Origin: Octopus bimaculoides
Taxonomy: Eukaryota
Direction of reading: 5' to 3'
Assembly: GCF_001194135.2 (NCBI RefSeq)
Contig: NC_068999.1
Span: 39,344,098 to 39,378,117 of the forward strand
Length of the DNA: 34,020 nt
This document shows, piece by piece, positions 23,124-34,020 of the stretch; the first letter of the stretch is position 1, and each line of letters begins with the position of its first letter. The notes beneath the pieces are model-generated. The model was not told the origin of the DNA. It ran no database searches and saw only the letters and a list, made by a program, of their open reading frames with translations. A program made the translations under genes and the position numbers.

Positions 23124-23359
23124 AAAATAACGCTCAAGAGGTAATAAGTAGGAAATAAAAAAAATACTACATCAATGCTATATTAAGTAGAATCTGATCA
23201 ATAAAACGTTTATACTTTCATGAGTATAAGGAAAATGTACATTGAAATATTCTGTTGTTTCGACACATCATGCTTGGCTAGTGGCAGCGATAGAATTTCT
23301 TTCCTTCTTTTCTTCGATTTATTTTGGTAGATTATTTCTCTAAATTGTACCGTTTCCCC

Positions 23360-23470
23360 ATACATACATACATGCATGCATGCATACATACATACATACA
23401 TACATGCATACATGCATGCATACATACATACATACATACATACATACATACATAAATACATATATACATA
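23360..23470. repeat. (CATA)n/(CATG) microsatellite
   Basis: Seen directly. Confidence 0.93.
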
Positions 23471-24371
23471 CATACCTGCATACCGGTATTCTTACATCTA
23501 TATGTGCATGCACACGTACATACATGCATATACATATATGCCTATACATACATTCATACTCACGTACATATCTACGTATAGCTATATACAGGTATACATA
23601 AATACATCATACACACAAACACATAGACACACACTCATATATATGTGTATANNNNNNNNNNNNNNNNNNNNNNNNNNNNNNNNNNNNNNNNNNNNNNNNN
23701 ATATATATATATATATATATATAGTCATGCTTACATATGAGGATGACACATGCATATACGAACAGACACGAGTGTACATACATATGTATATGCCCATATA
23801 TACGTATATGTGCGCTCGCGCGCGTGTGTGTGTAGGAGAGTGTGTCTGTGTGAGCACTTTTTTTTATCTGCTTTTGTTTCCCTTTGTCACATTTGTGAAT
23901 CTTGTCATCATTGAGTGCCCATCAGCAAATTAACTGCTTCCAAGTATAGCACCTGATTGAACAGTAAGAAATTGCACTTCCTTTTTCATTTGTTTCTTGT
24001 ATTTTATAATGAAAGTTTTGATTTTAGGAAAGGAAACGCTGCTTTGAAATTGTCTTAGAAGACATTTTTTTATGCTGGATGGAAAAACTGCAGCATTTAT
24101 CAAGCAAATTGTTTGTGCCCTACGCAGTAGTATATGTTTGTTTTTCATTGTTTGTAGATTGATGTTGCGTATTTATTTAATTTTCGTATTTCTGTATTAT
24201 TTCTGAAGTATATTTTCTACTATTTCAAGCGGTGCAAAAGGATATATTTATATTTGAATTTCAAAGGTGTTATTATAAAGTTCTGTAACTATTGACTTTC
24301 AGAATCCATGAACATTATATATTGAGGTTTTATGGTACTGACTAAATTATGCACACGGGCATGTATAAATG

Positions 24372-24376
24372 TGTAT

Positions 24377-24441
<65 letters not shown>

Positions 24442-24457
24442 TGTGTGTGTGTGTGTG
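24372..24457. repeat. (TG)n microsatellite
   Basis: Seen directly. Confidence 0.96.
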
Positions 24458-24524
24458 CATGCTTGTTTATAAATATAAAAAATATTATCCATTGCAAGTG
24501 AAAAATAAATGTTATCCTATAGTC

Positions 24525-25370
24525 AATATAGAAAAATTTCAAGCCCTGCGGTACCAGCTCCCAAAACTGAATATAAAACTTACAGGGTACACTGGCTTAC
24601 AATGGATCGCAATCCCAGAGCCTAAATCAGTGCGGGACCAAGTTTTCTAAGTGCATATTGTCAGGATGGTGATAAAGTGCAGACTACTGCCTGGTCTCTT
24701 GGAGGTCATACGTCCTCATCCACCTGGACTACCGCTCCCAGATATGTTTCCCCCGCCACTGTGAAAATCTGACAGCGGCACTTGAGCAATCCAACGAAGT
24801 TTCACAATGAAGATCGTCTCATTGCAATCGCTCAGCTACTGTGATAAGCTGAAACAGCTAAGACTCTACTCCCTGAAACGATGGCGTGAGAGATATGCAG
24901 TAATATACATCTGGAAGATCCTGGAAGCTATTCTAGCAACGTTTGGCATTGAAAGCCAAACGGGTCGACACTGAAAGCCAAACATTGAAAGCCAAACGGG
25001 TCGACCAGAACGGGTCGACACTGCACAGTGCCAAGCATCCCATCAATACCGTCATGCTTCAGGACCAGTTACTGCAGCAGCATGGGTTTGAGGGACCCAT
25101 AGCATTTTAATATTCTCCTAAATAGCCCGAGGAAAGTTACATAAAGTGGCTGTAGGTGTTTTCAAATCAAAACCGGATGTTTTCCTGTTGAGAATCCCAA
25201 ATGAACCTACCTCGCAGCAGGAGTTTCAAATGAGGATAACGACATCAAACTCACTTATTCTGTAAATGCCACATACAGAAGAGGCGCTCAATAATAACTA
25301 TGTAGCCAAACGGTGGTGCCCCAGTATGGCCACAGCTTTGAGCTGAAACTAATAAAACATAAAACACAAA
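24525..25370 (+). mobile_element. 5'-truncated CR1/L2-group LINE (post-RT ORF2 C-terminus plus 3' UTR)
   Basis: KFQALRYQLPKLNIKLTGYTG..PEPKSVRD / WRSYVLIHLDYRSQIC / RSFTMKI..LKQLRLYSLKRWRERYAVIYIWKILE..FGIES / GRHCTVPSIPSIPSCFRTSYC / VFKSKPDVFLLRIPNEP..SNSL, with stops and frameshifts; ends ggtggtgccccagtatggccacagc..tgaaactaataaaacataaaac. Confidence 0.9.
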
Positions 25371-26458
25371 ACAACATATATATAAATTGGCAAACACACA
25401 AGATTTTATATATATATATAGAGAGAGAGAGACACAGGACAAGAAATCTAACTTAAAACCACTTTTTGATAAATCCCATAACGGAAAAAATAGAATGGAA
25501 ATAAATAAAAGGAATAGAATATATACAACCTCTGTACATTCTGACTACCTTATTATTCTAATCATGCAATATCTGTACATCACTTTAAAAATTCTCATTC
25601 TCTCTCTCTCTCTCTCTCTCTNNNNNNNNNNNNNNNNNNNNNNNNNNNNNNNNNNNNNNNNNNNNNNNNNNNNNNNNNNNTATATATATATATATATATA
25701 TGTATATTCGCGATAGTATTTATCTGTATTTATTTAATAAATATATAGTTATCCCTCTTGTTTAGCGAAAAGTTCTATCACCTAATGTCTCTAAATATCT
25801 GCCGAAGGGTTATGAAAAGGTGCCTGAAACGTAGGTTCCTTGAAATGTTTAGTAATGAACCGCCCGTTTTGATTTCAGATATTAGTATGATCTTTGAGCT
25901 TAGATTCTTCCTGGTGTCAATGTAATAAATTACATACAAAAGCCAAGAGCTGGTTTGTTTCTCCGTCAAAGCCTTCTAAGTTTTAACAAAATTGCTATTT
26001 CCCACTTGTATGATCTTTTGAAGAAGGCACTCTTAAAATCATATTAAGAACTGGAGTACTGAGTCCTCATCACACACACCTGATAAGTTCGTTACAATCC
26101 ATGAAGATTTTTCTTAATTACGAATAGCAATTAAAACATTTACTGCAAAATATATAGACATAATGTCTTCTCTCACGAAAGGAAATTCCGTTAAGTTTGA
26201 TACCTTTCTTCCAAATAAGGATGATGTTGAGGAAATCAGACAATCTTAGAGAACTGTAATTCTAAAAGAAATCTGTAATCTAGATTGTGTGTCGTTTGCA
26301 GGGATGATGGTGGGGAGCAATGTATTGTGTGTTGTATTTATCACAAAATACGTACACAGAAACCACACATGCACCTACATACATCGATTATGGGCAAATC
26401 TACGTACGCACACACACACACACACACATACACACACACACACACACATGTATATATT

Positions 26459-26943
26459 CCGTTAATCCTCGTGTATAATCCGCATTTCTTTCCCAAAATT
26501 TAAAAGTCAAAATCCCTAGTGCGTACTATATACGAGGTTAAAAATGAAAACTATTTTCTAAGCAATGCCCGAGTCTCTATTTGCTGTCCGGCAATGTTTC
26601 TTCAGACGCATTTTGTGATGTTGGGCTTGTAACTGATAGTGATAAATATTTAAAGACGATTTATTTAATATTTATTTTTCACTGACGTTATTACTGTTAT
26701 TTCTATATTTTCTGCAAAGTGCACAAAACAGCCTACACGTTTGCATTATCTTATAAATACAATAATAATAAAGGACGCTATCGTATATATATTTACAAAT
26801 CAAGGACGTTATATAAACCTCCTTGACTCAAGTTAGAGAAGGAGTGCGTATTATACACAAGGTTTAGGTTTTTCAGAGCTACAGCCCTATAAAAATCCCC
26901 TGCGTATTATACTCAAGGGTGGACTGTGTGTATGTGTGTGTGT

Positions 26944-26991
<48 letters not shown>

Positions 26992-27014
26992 GTATGTAGC
27001 TCGAGGTTCAACGT
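26459..27014. mobile_element. Probable non-autonomous TcMar (Tc2/pogo-like) MITE
   Basis: Left end ccgttaatcctcgtgtataatccgca; its reverse-complement core recurs as tgcgta(c/t)tata(t/c)(a/t)c(g/a)agg at 26520, 26845 and 26901; right-end remnant ctcgaggttcaacgt (11/15 match) lies after a (TG)n run; no ORF. Confidence 0.55.
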
Positions 27015-28991
27015 TTTTTTTTTCTCATGGACTAATGGGAGGCAAGATATCTCTTTAATCCGGAGTAATTTTGGGAACTCCTTACTAGAAACAAGACTAT
27101 GTTGATCAAATTTCGAAATCACGCGATGGGGTTTTATCAAATTACTACATTCTGTGAGTTTTTCTCGATTAGGGGAGATGTAGTGGCTTGCTGCTCGCAG
27201 TCCCGAATATCTCGTGAGGCTGGTGGCTTTGTGTAGCTCATTGAGTTCTTTTTTTGACACTCATTTCTAACGAATGCAGGTGCTGTCTTGCTCCTTCATT
27301 AATTATTTTTACTTTTTGATATTAATTGCTATAGCCACCTATATTATAATGTATTTAATATATCTTAATATATTGATATATGATTATAGCATCTTATTGT
27401 ATTCTGATATACAATTGAACCGTTTTAAAATTTACCGCCATCTTCATTATAATATATTTTAATATATCTTAATATATTAATATACTATTATTATATGTTA
27501 TTGCATTATTACACACATATATATACAAACATTTGTGTGTGTATGCAAATATATGTATGCATTAACTTCCCCCCCTCTCTTATCTCTCTATGTATCTACA
27601 CACGCACGCACACACGCACACACACACATATGTATGTACATAATATATGTGTATCTGCACTTGTGGGTGAACAGGAAACATATCAAACTAATAAAAATCA
27701 TTATCATTGGGTGTATTGAAGGATATTAGAACAAAAGGAGATTATTTATACCATTTACCTCCTACTTACGAGAGTTACACAAAACTAATATTGTTCTTAA
27801 ATTACTTTGTATTCTACGCAACATGATAGGATGATAAATGTACAAATTAACCAAGTTTTAAGAGAACGATTAATAGAATGAGAAGAGAGAGAGAGAGGGG
27901 TGGAATGATAGAGAGTGAAAGCAAAAGAGTGAGTGAGAATGGCGATTTGTACAGGTGTTTAAACATTCTACAAATATACGTTATGAATGTTAACTATTAA
28001 TGAATGTAAAAACAATCTTTGACATTAACGGATGAATGATTTAAAGTAACTTCAGAAAAGATCAAATTACCAGATACTGTTTGATTTTATTTCAGTTTTG
28101 TTAATCAACATTTGAATAAGGTTTTGGCATCAACTCCTTTTAACTCGCTAATCGCAAAAATCAAATCGAATCAGACTTATACATGCCATGTAAACAAAAT
28201 TAAAGTTGATGATTTTTCGGTGAAACTAAGACTAATCGACTATTTAGTTTTTCATTAACGGTTTTCCAATTTATCGATCTTTCACACAGAATGTTTATTC
28301 AGATTCTTAATAACGAATTTGAAATTCATATTTCTAGAGTGTTAGCGTCAACAGGAATATATTATATAAAAATAGCACTGGACTGAATATAATTTAATAT
28401 ATTCAGCATTCACCAAACTTGTGTACTTTTTCCAAAGATAGAAATCCTATTTCTGTATTTCTCATATTCTTTTCTCGGTACTAATATCGAATTAATTTTA
28501 GCGTAACTTGATAGAATTTATGAATTAATATAATTAAGTTATACTACATCAAATATAGGCGTTAAAATTAGTAAACGTGGAATTAAATCAAACAATAGTC
28601 GCATATAGAATATATATCACATGATGTTCTCCAAGGTTCATTAAATGTTAGTTTAAGTGCCATTTATGAGACGTCTTTTATCAAACTGTTACTTGATGAG
28701 TGGCACATCATCAAAACCTACTCCACCTGCCTCTCGTGTGGATAGCAGAGTAATTAAAAGAATTCGCATTTTGCACGTGTATATGTGTATACTATATGGG
28801 TTATAGCATGGTTTATTCACAGTTAGACATGAAAACATCTGGTATACATAATTCCAATCTACAATACGTGAATACACACAAACGTAGAGATGACACCAAC
28901 GATATATACATACATGTATATACACCGACACTTCTGCATATACAGTGTTTTTATACACCCAGACTCTTACACACATACGTATAGAATTTCT

Positions 28992-29024
28992 ATGTATGTA
29001 TGTATGTATGTATGTATCTTTCTA

Positions 29025-29116
<92 letters not shown>

Positions 29117-29236
29117 NNNNNNNNNNNNNNNNNNNNNNNNNNNNNNNNNNNNNNNNNNNNNNNNNNNNNNNNNNNNNNNNNNNNNNNNNNNNNNNNNNNN
29201 NNNNNNNNNNNNNNNNNNNNNNNNNNNNNNNNNNNN

Positions 29237-29295
<59 letters not shown>
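28992..29295. repeat. Graded compound microsatellite (TATG)-(TCTG)-(TC)-(TA)-gap-(TG)
   Basis: Seen directly. Confidence 0.95.
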
Positions 29296-29297
<2 letters not shown>

Positions 29298-29916
29298 CGA
29301 GATCTATAGATTGTAAAAAAGATACTTTGTTAGATGTTGCCAAACGATATAAAGATGGAGAGGAAAGAGCTGCTTACAGGTGGAGACGAAAAGTTTCATG
29401 TGATGAGTGAGACATGCTAAATTGTGCGATAATACGTAGTATTTAGAATTTGGAAAAAAAGAAAGTAAACGAGAGTAATTGCGGAAGAAAGAGGACAGAA
29501 AGAACAAGTGCCGTTTAGAAATTTGAATGGTGTATGAGGAAAGGGCCACGAGTAAGAGGAATACTAAAAGGTAATATCGTTTCTACACATCAGGATTAAT
29601 AATGGAAATGTCCAAGGTTGAGTATGCGAAAAGAAAACACGAAGAATAAGCAAGACATGTAGAGCTTAGGTAATAAGTGGAAAGAGACAAGTTAGAGGGG
29701 ATGCTTATTGCATTTAAGAGCAGTAATTAAAATTGAATTAAATTAATTATTTTTACTTTGCTAAATTTTATTTCCCTCTTTGTGTCTAAATTATTTCCGT
29801 AACTTTTTTCCCCGTTAATTAGCGACCCTAAAAATCAAAAAACAAAAAAATAATAAAATCCTAACAGCTTTTTAATTATTTAAATCATCCAAAATTATTA
29901 CTGTTCTATGAAATTC

Positions 29917-29918
29917 AT

Positions 29919-29993
<75 letters not shown>

Positions 29994-30030
29994 CACATAC
30001 ACACATACACACACACACATACGTACATAC
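29917..30030. repeat. (CA)n/(TA)n microsatellite
   Basis: Seen directly. Confidence 0.94.
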
Positions 30031-30330
30031 ACACTGTAGCATATACGTAAATACTCACAGCAACAAGTGTGCGCACATAACTAAAAACCATTCAGTTAGT
30101 TTTGTCAATGAGTTACGAATCAGTTACCAAACAATGCTATTTCAGGTACTTAACATAGAAAAGAGGCATGTGGTTGTGTATAGGACAATCTTATTAGGGA
30201 TTCTTTCAAAGATACTGAAATAACGTGATGGAATATAATTCAATACAAACTGTAAGATCATGCGATAGGATTTAATGTTATATATAGGAACGTAGTTAAG
30301 AGGAATGCGCTTTAATATAAAGGACTTGTG

Positions 30331-30541
30331 AAAGCGGCTAACAGGCAGAATTGTAAGCGGGAAGGGTTAAATGCTTACCGGTGTTTCGTTCGTCTTTATG
30401 TTCTGAGTTCAAATTCCACCAAGGTCAATTTGCTTTTTATCCTTTTGAGGGCAATAAAATTGCTAGTTCAGAACTGGAGTCGATGTAATCGATCAACACC
30501 CTACCTCGTAATGACTGGCCTTGTGCTACAATTTGAAACTA
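30331..30541 (+). mobile_element. Diverged full-length tRNA-derived SINE (variant tail)
   Basis: aggcagaattgtaag..aaatgcttaccggtgtttcg..gttctgagttcaaattccaccaaggtcaatttgc..ctggagtcgatgtaatcga..ctggccttgtgctacaatttgaaac. Confidence 0.85.
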
Positions 30542-30858
30542 ACATGAATAACTTGTGAAAGTAACCGTAGAATGTATACATTTATTAATGAGTATGTTTA
30601 TTGAATAATGGGATTATAGACTTAGCACACAACGGAGGAGATTCTAAAGACATTGTTAAGGACGAAATGCACAAATTAATTCTATTAAGTGCAAACTGCG
30701 CATGGCGTGTATTGATGATAAAGAAAATGTGACACATACAAGGAGAATATAGCAACATAATTAAATACAGAGGTAAACAGAGGACATAAATGACAAACAC
30801 GCACACATGCACACACACACGGAGGCGTACGCACATACTCGCAGTTGCATACACTCGG

Positions 30859-30907
<49 letters not shown>

Positions 30908-31623
30908 TATATATACCGTTTGTCAACTCCATAAGTACACAAACATTTGTGCGCACGCGCGCGCGTGTGTAGGTGCATGTGTGTGCTTGTATGCACAAAA
31001 GAGTGTAGAATTAATGGTTTGTTAATGACATGCAACGGATCTCTCATTTTTGTTTTCGGTTCTGGAAAGATTCATGAAATCGTGTGTGTCGGAGTTTAAT
31101 AAGAGTGTAATAACGACCTCTGTTATGTAGTAAATAGTGCAAATGAGCAGTGTAATTAATGACACATTTTATAACATGGAACCCCAACTAGGAAGCTCGT
31201 ACGGTTAATTGCCAGCGTGTGCGTACGGTAATAAGGAGACAACCTACGCAGGCAAAGCGACATTGCATGCTAAGGTATATGCGCGTGCGCACACACATAC
31301 ACACACGCTCACATACACATACAACCACACTGACACGCACAAATACACGTTGGGAGAGACATGCACACATAAAAATACAAACACATAAACGAAAGAGCGC
31401 ATGCGCGCAAAAATGCCAAAAACACGAATAAATGTATATACACATATATATATACATATATATATATATATGTGTATACATATACAAACACACACATACA
31501 CATATATATGTATACATACATGCATATATACATGCTTACATATATATAACTAGATACAAACGTATGCACATGCATACATAAAAACATACTTTTACAATTG
31601 GAAATATGCCTACACACATACGC

Positions 31624-31625
<2 letters not shown>

Positions 31626-31681
<56 letters not shown>

Positions 31682-31699
31682 TTATCTGTCTGTTTGTCT

Positions 31700-31788
<89 letters not shown>
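31626..31788. repeat. (TCTA)n and long (TA)n microsatellite
   Basis: Seen directly. Confidence 0.96.
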
Positions 31789-31791
<3 letters not shown>

Positions 31792-32038
31792 GTATACATA
31801 TATATCTGTACATGTTTATATGTAAGTATAAACATTGATATATACACTAATTCTTGTATGTTACATTATATTCTTGTGTATATTATATATACACATATAG
31901 GTGCATATGTACATACTGGTATATATGTACGTGTCTATATGTCTGTGAATGCATTAGTACCAGAGTGTATATGTGATCATTTATATTGCTATTTTGTACG
32001 TTTCTGGTTGCGTAAAACCCTACAAGGCCATGGATTTG

Positions 32039-32078
<40 letters not shown>

Positions 32079-32779
32079 AGTAATGTTGCCAATTAATATA
32101 CTTCTATAGGTACAACCGCAAATAAAAAAACGTAAAGAAAATACAAAAAAAAAAGCGTGCGTGTTGTTGGAATCACGACTAATTACTCTTAACGAGATTA
32201 ATTAATAGCTTCTCATAAAGGCAAAATATAAAAAAAAAAACTAACCTCAACAACACATTAAGAATTAATGATTCATTTAGCACGTTAAATCTATTGTTGA
32301 ACGATTCCACATACTTAGAATATGCATCTATGTAGTCTTGTGCGTGCGTGCGTGCGTGTGCGTGTGTGTGTATGTATGTATGTCTGTGTGTGTGCGCGCG
32401 TGCTCGTGGTAGCGAAGGTGGCTAGCGTACGCGGTCTTTGACTTTTAACTTCTCTGATCTGTGTCTAACTATTTAAGAGCCACTCTCCCGCTCTCTGTCT
32501 CTCTCCCTGAATACACATGATATATATATATATATATANNNNNNNNNNNNNNNNNNNNNNNNNNNNNNNNNNNNNNNNNNNNNNNNNNNNNNNNNNNNNN
32601 NNNNNNNNNNNNNNNNNNNNNNNNNNNNNNNNNNNNNNNNNNNNNNNNNNNNNNNNNNNNNNNNNNNNNNNNNNNNNNNNNNNNNNNNNNNNNNNNNNCA
32701 TGCACTAGAACATTATCGACCCGCACACATATATTTACACAAACACATTTGAATATACGCCTTTCTCTTTCCTTTGCTT

Positions 32780-32824
<45 letters not shown>

Positions 32825-33043
32825 TCACATATATTTTGTATATATGTATGCGTTCGTGTGATGGTGTCTATGTCGTATACTGAGTGAGAATAATGATCAA
32901 GTGTGGGTTTATGCAACAGCACGAATAATTCTCGGAGTAATTAAAGTCGATCTGTTACTATAGCAACTGAATAGTGAGATATAATGGTACAATTATAAAG
33001 ATCTTATTTGGTTTTCATTTTAGTTATTTTTTCTTCTTTCCAG

Positions 33044-33066
33044 CTAAATGTTCCTTAATTACAAAG
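33044..33066 (+). CDS. Candidate 23-nt exon (xKCSLITK, or start-codon exon MFLNYK)
   Basis: Best splice signals in the window: ttattttttcttctttccAG| and AAAG|GTAAGC. Coding status unknown. Confidence 0.45.
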
Positions 33067-33380
33067 GTAAGCGTATGTATATAAATTTCATTTCACACAC
33101 TTATGTATACACGCACAGGCACAACACCTACTGGCACGCACACATACACACAAGAACACTCATATACACACACAAGGCACATATATACATCACATGTACA
33201 AACAAGGAATATACATCTCTCTGTTCTATGGAACGTACAACTTTGATCTCGTTGATCTTGTGATTTTCCTTTCTTTTTCTACTGTTCTCAAAATTTCATA
33301 AGTCTTCCTGGCATTTCGTTTGGAACTCCGAAATTCCTAAATTTCTCCCTAGCATTCCCCAGAACTTCAAATTTCATTCA

Positions 33381-34010
33381 TTTTGAGCCTGGAGTTTATC
33401 TAGCGTTTTCTTTTTAGTTAAGTTGTCAGTAGAGGGCCTCTTTATACTTCTGATTTCTGTCGTTAAGGTTGTTTAACAATAGAGGGCCCTGAAATATAAC
33501 ACTGGTACAATAGCGTGTCTGTGCTTGTGATTTCGAAGGTGCTATATTTGGAAGCTGACGGTATCTACCTGTCCGCGCATTAATATTATCTGTAATGTCG
33601 AACTTTAGAACATGCCTCCTCAGAATTTTCCATACGTAAAAGGCAATATATTCCTCTGTTCGGCGTTCAAAGCTTTACCAGTATTTCCGGCTTTTATTTT
33701 ACTGGTGAAGGCTCTTTGTAGCCCTTCAGTTTCTTCTATGCGACGTGGTGGATTGGTGACAAAATCTGTGAGCAGTAATAAAATCTGTCCACACTTTTTT
33801 TTTTCAGTAGAATCAGCAAAGCTACCATTTCTTTTGTCACGAAGGATCGTAGGATCCATCTCATGAGATGTCTGCATTTAGAGGTCAGTTTGATGATGTG
33901 GCTCATGGAAGATTCATTTGACAGGATTATTCCTAACTCGCGTATGTCAATTAGCCCTCTCAATCACTATTTTATCTGGTGTCAAATACTGTGCATTATG
34001 TGTATTCCCT
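33381..34010 (-). mobile_element. Decayed CR1/L2-group LINE fragment (ORF2 C-terminal region)
   Basis: IRELGIILSN..KCRHLMRWILRSF..YYCSQILSP / IEETEGLQRAFTSKI / YVWKIL..NINARTGRYRQLP..TRYCTSVIFQGPLLLN / KTLDKL; aligns with the 24525-25370 copy. Confidence 0.87.
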
Positions 34011-34020
34011 CATATATATA

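Noticed and set aside
27345-27485. Two copies of tttaatatatcttaatatatt about 104 bp apart
   Set aside because: Very low-complexity AT sequence; explained by local duplication with no sign of function.

Overview
AT-rich, microsatellite-saturated eukaryotic non-coding DNA from a draft assembly, with nine N-gaps totalling about 2.5 kb, each bordered by simple repeats. The repeat families match what I recall of octopus (coleoid cephalopod) repeats; this is inferred and not confirmed by a search. Well supported content: (1) at least eight tRNA-derived SINE copies or fragments, including a head-to-tail dimer with a triplicated target-site motif; (2) three decayed 3' fragments of one CR1/L2-group LINE family that cross-align with each other; (3) an internally deleted DD37D Tc1/mariner element with both TIRs; (4) a probable TcMar MITE; (5) a possible Penelope-type terminal repeat next to a gap. 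No recognisable protein-coding gene, rRNA, tRNA gene or CRISPR array is present, and nearly all supplied ORFs are microsatellite or gap artefacts. Several short candidate spliced exons exist, the strongest being 33044-33066 (+) and 22869-22897 (-), but none can be assigned to a protein family. I found no convincing novel biological system; the findings below are leads of modest interest.
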